Assembly: GCA_045863395.1 (NCBI GenBank)
Contig: BTVJ01000032.1
Location: 18,159 to 82,158 of the forward strand
DNA: 64,000 nt
Source: Myxococcales bacterium
GTDB taxonomy: Bacteria; Myxococcota_A; UBA9042; JABWCM01; BTVJ01
Reading direction: 5' to 3'
Below are positions 35,701 through 45,600 of the stretch, one piece after another. Below the pieces are notes generated by a model, which had not been told where the DNA came from, made no database searches, and worked only from the letters and a program-made list of their open reading frames with translations. The position numbers and the translations under genes were made by a program. Within the stretch, counting starts at the first letter, position 1; every line of letters starts with the position of its first letter.

Positions 35701-36499
35701 AACCCGGAGGTGTCGGTCCGCACCAGGCGTCCAGATGCTCCGGAATCAGCGCCGGCCCCGGACGCCCCTTCTCCACGTCGCCATCTCGCCACTGACTCAC
35801 GGTGGGTGCGCCGAAGAGGGAGCGCGCCAGAGACTCGTAGAGCTCATGGGACCAGCCGCCGACGTTGCCGTGCACCAGGTCGTTGCGGCGATTGCGGAAG
35901 GTCGCGATCACCTCGCTGCGTCGCTGAACGGATCGCGGCCGGGCGAAGAAGTCGCGACGAAACCACTGCTCCAGGGCAGCCAACTGCTCCGCGGTGCCCT
36001 TCTTGCGGACGGCCCCGTAGGCGATCTGGAGGGACTGACAGGACCCGAGCGTGGGTCTGACCCGGCCCTCAGCGAGAGCCAGGAGCTCCCTGCGGTGTAT
36101 GTCCTTGATCGGAGCCTCGGCGAGCAACCTGCCGTGCTCCAACGCGGCGGGGACGAGCATGTCTCGAAGCTGCCTCTCGGTGGCGGCGCAGAGGAACATG
36201 GCGCACGCCATACGGAGCGGATCGAGGCTCGCAGCGGAGGCGGGCTGTCTCATCAGCCCCTCCAGGGCGACGACCACACCGAGGTGACTCACGACGTCCT
36301 CGGAGAGCTCCTTTGGGAAGGGCGCGGCCGGGGCCCCCCGTCGGGTGAGGCGCCTTCGGCTCGCTTTCCCCATCAGCACGGCGTTTTTCGCGCGAAACGC
36401 GGCGAACGCCTCCTCGAACTGGCGATCCTCCTCCTCGGCTGCTTGCGCCTCGCGCAGCAATCGAGCGTCGAGGTCTTCGCGGTCTCCTCTCCGGCTCAT
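32726..36499 (-). CDS. CHAT-domain (caspase-like His/Cys) protease with ~230-aa N-terminal domain, Pro-rich linker and TPR-like repeats (1257 aa)
   Basis: ATG at 36499 (plus CAT 36497-36499). C-terminal VFVYTGHGLWD (His) ... LTVLGACVTGQGADAPGGEVSGFLRAFIAAG (Cys) gives the CHAT/caspase dyad order. The central region carries tetratricopeptide-like repeats. Confidence 0.65.
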   Translation of the reverse strand: MSRRGDREDLDARLLREAQAAEEEDRQFEEAFAAFRAKNAVLMGKASRRRLTRRGAPAAPFPKELSEDVVSHLGVVVALEGLMRQPASAASLDPLRMACAMFLCAATERQLRDMLVPAALEHGRLLAEAPIKDIHRRELLALAEGRVRPTLGSCQSLQIAYGAVRKKGTAEQLAALEQWFRRDFFARPRSVQRRSEVIATFRNRRNDLVHGNVGGWSHELYESLARSLFGAPTVSQWRDGDVEKGRPGPALIPEHLDAWCGPTPPGSSRGPTVAGARPKTPRPGKSPGQEQPMLPEPPVAMNQGAVVTPPSGAPVVDTLDAASSSPSVLTQPPARADARRQPPLPPSAPAVALAGTARTDLGDPGVRDRVRGLVELFDAVYDTEYRHHVCLGHLESLGAFLPRSPSDPVEQLACAVGAWWCRIVSADVAYEYHEALQLADRSRALAESLEQRLDTKHPDVQWHAYAAARWFDGAGKASYRAGDHTEGRRSFERAVTVAVEHDLWWCLADLRSNLERGATQEKRTVGTAPGPPEERYRPLIEDAIRVANLHGIAALRVGEVTPPESPRDREHLRGLCSLYHNGSDELSSSDEELSLSWSRGSEVIARANGDAYRLAQALGHQTRLHKSRAEKSSGEERSRHLDQAAGLCRESIDVLPWVRGRLIARQNLAEIRLLQGDVGEARALVEGLVDELEEARARPSAQAGFDLDRQTFALAAYHKVITEMERQGDDVSSARIRWLRERLRTVESQRKVVTVGQHKAALASHVAPVYREAVAASLRRAPLRSERVPSVGESREDALAYVEEASARELLDLMQGASRRAPAEGIAALPEVPLFADIQVSQPARKRKGMRVRRRGTMRRTDGVSGSGVDAAIGQRRTFYEQWMLNHPIPTSGHDEDLGRTVRGFTTNHPDVAVIRYFEHVEGERVALGAFVFRGARMEFVDDLQLAPVRFAWDAYQGRLQADPDTGPTVELAQAMSDHLLAPLWKHVCGGAAPPELLVIIPCGELFRYPLHVAFEPKTRWPLAASLPCCFSVSAAAFVSRSRHLLRVQTIEPGDDLCVLALLDENTTGRELKGLDWPREDLHWAGTLPEWAPRVRPVGPASRATLGRLTAPRPEVFVYTGHGLWDRRLDALGPALALEGDVLTQFDIAASLRLARNKLTVLGACVTGQGADAPGGEVSGFLRAFIAAGSGALVVTLWSVLDAEMVNVAGSLLRRVRASIGRPIDLPRAVYEAHLARCKSKESAQERIEACPLVLYL

Positions 36500-36612
36500 C
36501 TTCCAGTCTCCCCAGGATCTGCGGATGCGGTGGCGGAGTCTCGGACCTCGATCCTCCCTGCCGCACCACCTTACGTCTTCGCCCCCACTTCCGGCAATCA
36601 CCCCGCTCCTGC

Positions 36613-39270
36613 CTATGCCCCGTCCCCATCCGTCACGCCGGGCCGCAGCGCGCCCGGGTCGTCGCGCACAGTGGCCGCCACGAGGTCGAAGAGTCGGTCG
36701 CTGCCGCCGGACACCGCGCGGAGCAGGAAGCGTCTGAACGCGCCTCGCTCAGCCGCGCGGCGCACCTTCTCCATGGACACACCCTGGTCGAGCAGCGCTC
36801 GCAGGGCCGGCCTGAGCAAGTGACGCGCGAGGCGCCGGGAACCGGCGGCGTGCGCATGCTCCAGCAAGGTGGTCAGGCCAGCCTCTCCGCGCACGCTCAA
36901 GTCGCGCGCGTCGATGCGGTCGAGGAGGTCCGCGTCCACCTGGAGCCGGGGCATTGCCAGGAGGAGACGCACCAGCGCCGCCGGCGCCACGCGCCCGAGG
37001 GCCGCGCGCTCGATGGCGTCCACTTCACCCGCGTGCTCTCCGGCGACCAGGCGCCAGCCCTCGGCCTTGGGCCAGCGGCTGGCCCTCGCACGCCACGCCG
37101 GGTCCGTGGAGGTGAGCAGGACGGCGAGAGGCACCACATCGAGCGGCGGGGGATCCGCCTCTCCCCACAGCTTCAGGGCGAGCCAGACGTGGGCTTCAGT
37201 GGACGCCGCCCGGAAGAGGTCGGACGCCGTGTGCGCCGCGCTGCCGCGGAGGGCGAGGAGCGGAGCCAGGATGCCTCTCGCGTCGTCCATGTCGAGACGA
37301 GGCAGAGCGGCGCCCCGCAGGCAGGCGACAAGGTAGGAGAGTCCCGGGTCCCCCACCACGCTCGCCGGGTCCACCTGCCTCGCCCAGTCGCGCGCACAGA
37401 GCAGGAGCTCCCGTCCACCGTCGGCCGCGGCGAGCAGATCCCGCGCCACTCCGCGATCCGCTTTGGCCCGCTCCAGGGTCCACTTGCGGCCGACGTCCGA
37501 CGCCGGGGCGCCACGCGATGCCCGCTCGCGCAGGAGGAGCCGGGCCCACGGATCACCGACCTCCGCGGCCACGCGGGCGCGCAGATCCCACACGTCCAGC
37601 TCACGCTCCACTGTGTGCCAGTCGCGCAGGAGGGCATCGATCATGGTCGCCGAGACGGGACCGGCCACACTCCGGGCCAAGGCGACGGCCGCCCGCGCCC
37701 CGTGGCGCTCCGGCAGCCGCGCGGCGAGCGCGCCCAGACCCACCGCCTCCGCCAGGCGCCAGGCACCCGTGAGGGACCCGCGCGACACGCCCAGGTCCAG
37801 CAACCGCGTGACCGTCTCCTCGTCTTCCGGGGCGAAGCACCGCGCCAGCTCCACGAGGTCTTCGGCGGCGGGCTCGCCATGCGTCAGCGCGCGCGCCGCT
37901 CGCCACGCCCCCGTGTCCAGCTCCGCGGCCCACGCCCGGTCGCTCCGCCGCCCGTGCTGGGACCGCAGCGCCGCCCACGCGAGGCGCCCCTGGGCCAGCT
38001 CTCTCCACCGCCGCACCCACTCCGCGTCCCCCGCGGCGGGCGCGGCGAGACCCTCCACCTGCCCCGGCGGCACGCGGTCCAGGAGCCGCGCCACGCGCTG
38101 CGCGGCCTCCTCCGCCGCGTCCAGGTGCTCGCTCCGGACGTCGTCGAGTAGCTCCGGCGCAGCGCCCGCGTGCACCTGCACCGTCCCCAGGAGCACGCCC
38201 AGCGCGCGCACGGACCGAGAGGTCTCCGCCGCACGGCGCCACGCCTCGGCCCACTCGGGTCCCCGCGTGCCAGCGAGCGCGGCCGCTCGCTGACCCCGGG
38301 GCGCAGTCGCCACCGCGTGGAGCGCGTCCAGGTGCAGCATGGTCACCTCGACGCGCGCCGCCGCTCCGCAATGGAGCGACCTGCGGAGCCCATCGATGTG
38401 GTCCAGGTCCTGGGCCAGCTCCGCGGCGCGCCTCGCGGCGACGGGCCATGGGTCGCCAGGCGAGAGCCGGAGCCCCCCCAGGGCAGCGTCGACGCGCTCG
38501 CACAGCTCCCGCAGGGTCGTCGCGCCCGCACCGATCCGTGCGACGTGCTCCGCGTAAGCAAGCCCTGGGAGCGCCGCCTCGTCCGCCCCGCGCAGCACAC
38601 CGTCGACGATGGATACTCCGGTGGCCACCGCCTCCCCGAACCCGATTGCCACCGCGTCCGTGACCCGCGCGAGACCAGCCCCGAAGGGCACCCTCCACGC
38701 CACTTCCCGGGGGAGGCAGGCGAGCACCACCGCCGTGCGCTCCAACTGCGCCTCGACCGCGCCCCGGTCCCGGATCCCCACGGCAAGCCCCGACGCCACC
38801 ACCGCCAGCAGCAGGCGCACCTGCTCCGCCCACCCATCGGGCAGCGCGATGTCGGTGGGGGACACCACCAGCGGGGGTGCGGCGGGGTCCACCACAACCG
38901 GAGGCTCCGGCGACAGCGGGACCGCGGGCAGCAGGGCGCGGTCCCACGCATCAGGCCGGCACACGCCGTAGTGCGCCTCCGTGTAGAGGCGTCCCGGCGC
39001 GCCCTCTCCGGCCTCCGAGCGCCCTCGGATGCGCCCCACCACCACCACACCCTCCACCGCGGCACCCACCACCCCACCGTCCGGCCACCGGTAGTGGTCC
39101 CACGTGAAGCCCGCCCCACCACCGAGGCCCAGGCGGTCGGGGCGGCACCACCGCACCACCTCTGCGGTCACGCCCGGGGACCGGACCGTGCAGCCGTGGT
39201 CGCACCCCGGGACGATGGGTCCCCGAGGGCTCTGCACCAGCTTTCCGTAGCGGACTTGCAGGAGCTCCAT
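36613..39270 (-). CDS. Hypothetical protein (885 aa) translationally coupled to the upstream GTPase
   Basis: ATG at 39270 (GAGGTG 4 nt upstream), 5 bp after the GTPase stop. A GTG at 39276 is an alternative start. Ala/Leu/Arg-rich helical protein without recognisable motifs. Confidence 0.55.
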   Translation of the reverse strand: MELLQVRYGKLVQSPRGPIVPGCDHGCTVRSPGVTAEVVRWCRPDRLGLGGGAGFTWDHYRWPDGGVVGAAVEGVVVVGRIRGRSEAGEGAPGRLYTEAHYGVCRPDAWDRALLPAVPLSPEPPVVVDPAAPPLVVSPTDIALPDGWAEQVRLLLAVVASGLAVGIRDRGAVEAQLERTAVVLACLPREVAWRVPFGAGLARVTDAVAIGFGEAVATGVSIVDGVLRGADEAALPGLAYAEHVARIGAGATTLRELCERVDAALGGLRLSPGDPWPVAARRAAELAQDLDHIDGLRRSLHCGAAARVEVTMLHLDALHAVATAPRGQRAAALAGTRGPEWAEAWRRAAETSRSVRALGVLLGTVQVHAGAAPELLDDVRSEHLDAAEEAAQRVARLLDRVPPGQVEGLAAPAAGDAEWVRRWRELAQGRLAWAALRSQHGRRSDRAWAAELDTGAWRAARALTHGEPAAEDLVELARCFAPEDEETVTRLLDLGVSRGSLTGAWRLAEAVGLGALAARLPERHGARAAVALARSVAGPVSATMIDALLRDWHTVERELDVWDLRARVAAEVGDPWARLLLRERASRGAPASDVGRKWTLERAKADRGVARDLLAAADGGRELLLCARDWARQVDPASVVGDPGLSYLVACLRGAALPRLDMDDARGILAPLLALRGSAAHTASDLFRAASTEAHVWLALKLWGEADPPPLDVVPLAVLLTSTDPAWRARASRWPKAEGWRLVAGEHAGEVDAIERAALGRVAPAALVRLLLAMPRLQVDADLLDRIDARDLSVRGEAGLTTLLEHAHAAGSRRLARHLLRPALRALLDQGVSMEKVRRAAERGAFRRFLLRAVSGGSDRLFDLVAATVRDDPGALRPGVTDGDGA

Positions 39271-39277
39271 GGGCACC

Positions 39278-40168
39278 TCACGCCGGCATGCAGAAGACGC
39301 CCTCGGCCTTGCCCGTGGCGGCGAACACGAAGGGGTCGAGCACCTGGAAGGGCTGCCAGAGAGCAGCCGCTTTGGGGAACCCGCAGGAGGGCGCGGTGTG
39401 CCTGAGACCGCCGGTCTGCGGGTTGAAGTTGGGCGCGCCCTCGGCGAACCCGAACACGGAGGTCCAGCAGACCCCGAGCAGGGTGGGCTTGCGGCAGAGC
39501 AGCTCCAGGGATCGGAGCCCGGCGGGCGCCATCAGGCTGCGCAGCACCGAGACGGGGTCACTGGAGCGCGCCTGGGAGAGCGCGCGTGGTCCGTGCGCCT
39601 GGAAGTGCTTGTCCGCCTTGGTCAGGCACACCACCACGCGCTCGAGGGGGGACTGGCGGCGCTGGATCACCTCCTCGAGCAGCGCCGGCAGCTCCACGAA
39701 GAACGTGGGCAGGTCCTCCGGGTTGGTCGGATCCACGCACAGGATGAAGCCCCGCGCGCGGGACAGCTCGGACAAGAGCCGCTCCCGGTGGGCGTCCTCC
39801 ACGTCGGCGTCCAGGGACGCACGGCCCACCTGAGGGAGCAGGCTCGCCCCCGGCCCATCCAGCAGCTCGAAGCGCGTCTCCGATGCGTCGGTCCTGCCGA
39901 ACAGCCGCCGGCGCGTCGTGCGCAGCGAGAAGGAGTACCGGCACACGTCGAGGGTGCCGTCGACCGGCGGCAATCCCTCCTGGCGCGTCAGCCCCACGCC
40001 ATAGGTCCGCAGGAGCTGCATCATCTCCTTGTTGGGCGTCACGATGTCGTGGGACAGGTCTCCTTCCTGCGCCACGTTGCGCGCGGCGATCTGCAGCGCG
40101 CCCACCATCATGGTCTTGCCCGACTTGGACGGGCCGAGCACTCCGTATCCGCGCGACTCCAGCGCCAT
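39278..40168 (-). CDS. Ras/Arf-like small GTPase (296 aa)
   Basis: ATG at 40168 with GGAGGAGG RBS. G1 GPSKSGKT, G3 LLDGPG, G4 CLTKAD. Confidence 0.7.
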   Translation of the reverse strand: MALESRGYGVLGPSKSGKTMMVGALQIAARNVAQEGDLSHDIVTPNKEMMQLLRTYGVGLTRQEGLPPVDGTLDVCRYSFSLRTTRRRLFGRTDASETRFELLDGPGASLLPQVGRASLDADVEDAHRERLLSELSRARGFILCVDPTNPEDLPTFFVELPALLEEVIQRRQSPLERVVVCLTKADKHFQAHGPRALSQARSSDPVSVLRSLMAPAGLRSLELLCRKPTLLGVCWTSVFGFAEGAPNFNPQTGGLRHTAPSCGFPKAAALWQPFQVLDPFVFAATGKAEGVFCMPA

Positions 40169-40198
40169 GGGGCCTCCTCCGTGGGTCAGGGGTGGGGG

Positions 40199-40954
40199 TC
40201 AGCGACGGTCCAGCGACCGCAACGACCGCTTGATCTCCTCCAGCAGGTCGATGGCCCGGGAGAGACCATCGTCGATGACGGCCTCGTCGCCGCCCTCCGC
40301 CGGAAGGAGGCGGGGAACGAGGTCCTCCACGACCTCGCCTATTCGCAGAAGCTCCGCCCGGGTCATGTCCACGCTCCCTGGCACTCCCCGGCGACGCCTG
40401 AGCGCGGCGGTGACGTCTCCGCGCAGGCGGTGCATTCGCCGGTGGCACAGATCGCGGATCCCCATCAAGTGCGTTCGGACCGGGTGCTGGAGGCTCAGAC
40501 TCGCCCGCGCCGCCAGCAGGGCGTCGTCCACGCGCAGCCATGTGCGTACGAGCGCGCCCAGCTCAGTGCGGAGGCCCTGCTGGTCACGCCACCACGGCGG
40601 AAAGAAGATCACCCAGGCGACCGCCCGATCCTCCTCGGAGTCTCGCGGGCTCGTGCGGGTGGTCAGCGCCGCCCAGGTGATCAGGCCGGCGCACAGCGTG
40701 ACGCCAGCGAGCCAGACCCAGGGCCACTCGCCGATGAGGCCCACCGACACGAGGACGACGCCCGGAGACAGCCCGACGAGGATGCGCCCGAGCAGATATC
40801 CGAGGAGCATCGCCTTGAACCCCGCGTCGCGTGCCGCGCGGCTCAGCTCCCGCCACGCGGTCTCGATACCTGCCGAGACCTGCGCGAGCACGGTCATCAG
40901 CCGCGCGGCCAGGTCGTTTGCCAGCCTCACCAGCGATCCGAGCCAGTCTCCCAT
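40199..40954 (-). CDS. Polytopic membrane protein (~251 aa)
   Basis: ATG at 40954 with AGGAG 7 nt upstream. The ORF-track start at 40978 lacks an RBS. 3-4 TM helices (LLGYLLGRILVGLSPGVVLVSVGLIGEWPWVWLAGVTLCAGLITWAAL). Confidence 0.5.
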   Translation of the reverse strand: MGDWLGSLVRLANDLAARLMTVLAQVSAGIETAWRELSRAARDAGFKAMLLGYLLGRILVGLSPGVVLVSVGLIGEWPWVWLAGVTLCAGLITWAALTTRTSPRDSEEDRAVAWVIFFPPWWRDQQGLRTELGALVRTWLRVDDALLAARASLSLQHPVRTHLMGIRDLCHRRMHRLRGDVTAALRRRRGVPGSVDMTRAELLRIGEVVEDLVPRLLPAEGGDEAVIDDGLSRAIDLLEEIKRSLRSLDRR

Positions 40955-41008
40955 CGGTAACTCCTGTCCTGTGAGCATCGCTGTCGGTCTCGCCCACCGC
41001 CGTGCCAG

Positions 41009-41698
41009 CTACTTCTCTCGCCTCTGCGCCCTGTCGAGGATGGCGCTCAGCGGATCCGCCGCCAGGGACCCGCGTTCCCCGGCCAGCTCCGCCAGCAGCG
41101 CGTCGGCCTCGTCTCCGCCGCCACTCTCGCCCGGGAACGCCCAGGGGTCGGCGTCCAGGTCTCGCCACGCCTCCTCTTGAGACTCCAGCCGCTCCACCCC
41201 TTCGAGGAGCGGGCCCCTCCAGTCCGCCTCGCCGACCCGCCCCAGGCCGTCCGCGGACTCACGCAGGTGGAACGCGGCGCCGGCCCGCGCCTCTCGCGCG
41301 TCCGCCCACGCCACCTCCAGCTCCGCCTGCCGCGCCTCCGCGTCCAGCGCGTCGAGCTGCCGCTCCAGGTCTGCGACCCGGGCCCGATGCTCCCGGGCCC
41401 GCGCCGCCAGCTCCGCCGCGCGCCTCCGGTGCACGACGGCCCGCTCCGCGGCCAGGCGGGCCGCCACGGCGTCTCCTTGGTCAAGAGCGGTGCCCGCCGC
41501 GGTCCGCTGAACCCCCTCCTTGTGGCGTTCCGCGTCCAAGTCCCGCTCCACCAACGCCAGGTGCGCCATGGCCACGGCCACATGCTGGGACCCGTCGCGG
41601 TGCCGCCCCCTCACCTCCTCGACGAAGCGCCGCGCCCGCTCCCGCGGGTCCACCACGGCCTTCCTCCGTCTCCACCACGCGGCGACTCGCCTCCACAT
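41009..41698 (-). CDS. PspA/IM30 (ESCRT-III-like) family coiled-coil protein, tentative (229 aa)
   Basis: ATG at 41698 (plus CAT 41696-41698) with AGGAGG 8 nt upstream. MWRRVAAWWRRRKAVVDPRERARRFVEEVRGRH...LALVERDLDAERHKEG... is a PspA-like amphipathic N-terminus plus extended coiled coil. Assigned from compositional and positional resemblance only. Confidence 0.45.
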   Translation of the reverse strand: MWRRVAAWWRRRKAVVDPRERARRFVEEVRGRHRDGSQHVAVAMAHLALVERDLDAERHKEGVQRTAAGTALDQGDAVAARLAAERAVVHRRRAAELAARAREHRARVADLERQLDALDAEARQAELEVAWADAREARAGAAFHLRESADGLGRVGEADWRGPLLEGVERLESQEEAWRDLDADPWAFPGESGGGDEADALLAELAGERGSLAADPLSAILDRAQRREK

Positions 41699-41978
41699 GG
41701 GTCGTCCTCCTGGGTCACGGCTATCGGAGAGACTCGACCGCAGCGCATCTGACACGAGTCTCACGTTCCGACCGGGAAGGCGGACATCTCCGTCGGCACC
41801 GGGCCGGACGGCACTGAGCCGAACACTCCGGACGAAGGAGAGCCCTGGTCCCGGCTGCGCTGACAGCGTTCGGCGAACGAACTTCACGGTTGACAATCCG
41901 AGCCAATCGCGCTGTGCTACGGCTCCGACGAACCCACCCCGGGGGACTCAGCAGCCTACTTGCATGGAGGGAACCACC
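41699..41978. promoter_or_regulatory. Divergent promoter region between the PspA-like gene (minus) and the YbjN-like gene (plus); candidate -35 TTGACA
   Basis: ttcacggTTGACAatccgagccaatcgcgctgtgctacggc at ~41880-41920. GGAGGG RBS before the ATG at 41979. Confidence 0.3.
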
Positions 41979-42635
41979 ATGGCGACGACAGTCCGCGAGA
42001 TCGCAGGCTTCCTGGACGAACGCGGGATCAAGTACGACATCAAGGGAGACTCCCGCATCGTGACCGGCTTCCGCACCAAGTCCTTCACCAACGTGGAGGG
42101 CGAGAAGTCCATCGTGGTCGTGATCCTGCTCCAGGAAGATGGCCGATACTTCCAGGTGTACGCGCCTCTGGCCATGCGCGCGGAGGGGCCCCACCAGGAG
42201 GCCTTCATGAAGGCCTGCATGGCCGTGCAGTGGAAGACCAAGCTCATCCAGTTCGAGATGGATCCCCAGGACGGCGAGATCCGCCCGACCGTGGAGTTCC
42301 CCCTGGAGGATGCGCCCCTCACGGCGGCCCAGCTCCACCGGAGCATCGGGGGCCTGATCACGCTGCTGGAGGAGTACTACCCGGTGCTGGAGAAGGCCCT
42401 GAAGACCGGGCAGGTCGAGTTCCCCGAGGAACCCCAGGACCGCATGATGCGCATGCTCCAGGAGATGATGAGGACGGTGGACCCCCTCCGGATGCAGCTC
42501 GCGGCGACGGTGGCGCGCATCACGGAGCTTCGTGAGACCGGCGGAGATGCCGTGACCATCGGAGTGCTGGAGCGGGAGGCGCAGCGGCTCCAGGCGGCCA
42601 TCGCTGCCTCGTCGGGGGGACCAACGGAGCTATAG
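41979..42635 (+). CDS. YbjN-domain (putative sensory-transduction / chaperone-like) protein (218 aa)
   Basis: ATG at 41979 with GGAGGGAACCACC upstream. MATTVREIAGFLDERGIKYDIKGDSRIVTGFRTKSF...YFQVYAP matches the YbjN-family pattern. Internal to the ORF-track ORF 41520..42635. Confidence 0.55.
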   Translation: MATTVREIAGFLDERGIKYDIKGDSRIVTGFRTKSFTNVEGEKSIVVVILLQEDGRYFQVYAPLAMRAEGPHQEAFMKACMAVQWKTKLIQFEMDPQDGEIRPTVEFPLEDAPLTAAQLHRSIGGLITLLEEYYPVLEKALKTGQVEFPEEPQDRMMRMLQEMMRTVDPLRMQLAATVARITELRETGGDAVTIGVLEREAQRLQAAIAASSGGPTEL

Positions 42636-42686
42636 GGACGCCGGTGAAACCGGGGGGGGCATCCAACAGCATCGTGAGGAGTCCAC

Positions 42687-45600
42687 GTGGCCGAGATTCA
42701 CGCAACGACCCGGAGCATCCTCGCCTGGGCCAAGCGCGCGGCGCTGGCCGCCAGGCGCGACTCGCTGACCCTACCCGACCTGCTGTGCGGCCTCTACGCC
42801 GTGCGGGAGGACACCACCGTGGCGCCGCTGCTCGCAGGGCGAGCGCAGCACTGGGCCGACCCAGTGGTCTCTGGGTGGGAGAGCGCGGCCGGAGTCGACG
42901 AGACGGACCGCAAGTTTCCCCTGGACGACGTGGTCCGAGACTTGGTGCGCCGGGTCCACGACAAGGACCCGGCGCTTCCCCCGGCGCTCCTGCTGGAGGA
43001 GCTGCTCAGGCACGGCGAGGCCTTCCAGCGGCCGGCGGAGCGGGCGCTCTCGCCCATGCTCCGGCGCCTGGACGAAGCTCGGGATCTGGCGGACCGTCTG
43101 GTCGCTGCGCTGAAGGAGCGCGTCTTCGGCCAGGACCAGGCGATCCGCGCCCTGGGGGAGGCCGCCTTCCACGCGACCGTCTCACCACCTTCCCAGGGTC
43201 CCCGCGGCGTGCTCACCTTCCTCGGGCCCTCCGGCGTCGGCAAGACCTGGCTCGCCGAGTGCTTCGCCGAGGAGCTGGCGCGCATCCGGGGTGAAGCCAT
43301 CGGCTTCCGCCGGTTCGACATGGGCACCTTCGGTGGCCCACAGAACTTCGAGCAGCTCTTCGGCACGGAGCAGTTCTACAAGGGGAGCCGCCCGGGGACC
43401 TTGACCGGGTTCGCGAAGGACACCCCCCGCGCCGTCATCGTCCTCGACGAGCTGGAGAAGGCCCACCCGACGACCCTGCAGGCGCTGTTGGCGGTGTTCG
43501 ACAAAGGAGAGGTGGTCGACAAGGCGCTGGAGCGCCCCGTGGACTTCCGCGGCACGTGGTTCATCGTGACGACCAACCTGGGGCAGCAGCTCTTCGCGGG
43601 CCCCAACAGCGCTGGCGTGCTCCACGCCGGCGGCGCGTCCCCGGAGCTGGTCTACGACATCCTGACCGCGCGGGGCGAGGCGGGCGCAGAGGGCTCTACG
43701 CCCGGCCTGCCGCCCGAGCTGGTCTCGCGGTTGGCGAAGGGAGGCGCCGTGGCGCTCGGTGCGCTGGAGACACGTCACACCTTGCGCATCGTGGGGCGGG
43801 CGTGCGAGACGGCGTCGGACACCCCCAGCGTCCGCCCGTCCCGCGATGCGGCGTTCATGCTCCTCCTGTCGCTGCTCCCCCAGCTCGACGCCCGCCGGGT
43901 GGCCGCCCGCACCTCCACCTGGGCCTCGGAGCTGGTGCGCGGGGCCCACCAGGTGTGTCGCAGCGAGCTGCACGCCGCCAACCCCGAGCGCCTGTCGGTG
44001 CGCGTGGAGGTGGTGGGCGAAGCCGCGGCGTGGCTGCGCGCGCGCCTGGAAGCCCCGAGGCTCCGGGTGCTGGTCGTCGACGACGGAGACGATGTGCGGC
44101 GCCTCGTCGCGGCGGAGCTGGGGGCAAGCGTCGAGGTGCAGCGAGCCACGTCCGGGGAGGCGGTTGCCCTGGCCCAGCGCCTGCGGCCCGATGTGGTGCT
44201 CCTGGACCTGTGCATCGACCAACCCCAGAGCAGCGCTGTGGTCACGGGCGGCGACGCCGTGCTGGAGGCGCTGCGCACAGCGCTGCCCTGGCTCCCCGTC
44301 GTGCTCTTCAGCGAGAACGTGGATGGGCGCGGCGCCTTCGAGTCAGTCGTCGCGCGCGTGCTCGCACGGGGCGGCGCCCGCGCCTTCATCCCGCTCCGCC
44401 GGGACCACACGGACCCGCTCGCCGCCGAGGATCTGGTCGCGCGGGTGCGGGCGGTGGTGGACGATGTGCTGCTCGACCGGGTCCTCCGCGAGCAGGTCCG
44501 GGCCCACAAGGCGGTGCGGCTTCGGACGGAGTTCGCGTGGGACGCCGGGGCCACCGAGGTGGTCGCCCGCATCGTCGGGGTCTCCGAGCAGGTGGCCATC
44601 GCCGCTGCCGACCGCTCCGCGTCCATCCGCTTCGCCGGCATCCCCACCGACCGCCTCGACGACCTCGTCGGGCTGGAGCGCGCGCGGCGACGCCTGCGCC
44701 AGGTCGTGCGCTGGCTGTCCGACCCGAGCACCCTCGAAGCCTTCGGCGCACGCCCGCCGCGGGGCTTCTTGTTGGCAGGTCCTCCCGGGACGGGAAAGAC
44801 GATGCTCGCCCGCGCCCTGGCCGGCGAGGCGGGGCTGCCGTTTCTGGCCATGTCGGCCGGCGAGCTCCAGTCCAAGTGGGTGGGGGAGTCGGAGGAGCGC
44901 ATCCGCGAGCTCTTCCAACGCGCCCAGGCCTACGCCCCGGCCATCGTGTTCATCGACGAGATCGACGCCGTGGCGGGGCGCCGGGGCGAGGTCGCGACCC
45001 ACGCCCACTCGGTGCTCAACCAGCTCCTCGCGTGCATGGACGGCTTCCAGGTGGCCGACCGCTCGGTGTTCGTGCTCGCCGCCACCAACCACCCCGAGGG
45101 GCTCGACCCCGCCATCCGGCGCCCGGGGCGCTTCGACGAGGTCATCGCGGTGGAGCGACCCAACGCGGCCGCCCGGCAGACCTTCTTCGAGCGCCGCCTG
45201 GCCCCCCTCGACGTGAGCGGGGCCGATCTGCCCCGGCTGGTGCGTGCCACGGCCGGTTTGACTCCGGCGGAGCTGGACCGCATCGCCCGCGAGGCGGCCT
45301 ACGCGGCGGCGGCCGACGGGCGGCAGAGACTGGAGGGAGCCGACCTCCTCGACGCCGCCCGCCTGGTGCGCTTCGGCGCCGAGCGAGAGGACCTGCAGGT
45401 GCGCCCCGACGAGCTGCGCGTGACCGCCTGGCACGAGGCGGGCCACGCGGTAGCCCACCTGACCCTGCTCCCCGATGATCCCATCGAGCTCCTGACCATC
45501 GTTCCCAATGAGCGGGGCGCCCTCGGCTTCCTGGCATCGCAGCGGGACGAGGCACGGCACGACCTGACGCGGGACCGGGTCCGGCGTCAGCTGGTCGTCG

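Noticed and set aside
37601-38947. 448-aa minus-strand ORF, extremely Gly/Arg/Ala-rich
   Set aside because: Alternate frame inside the 885-aa gene; compositional artefact.
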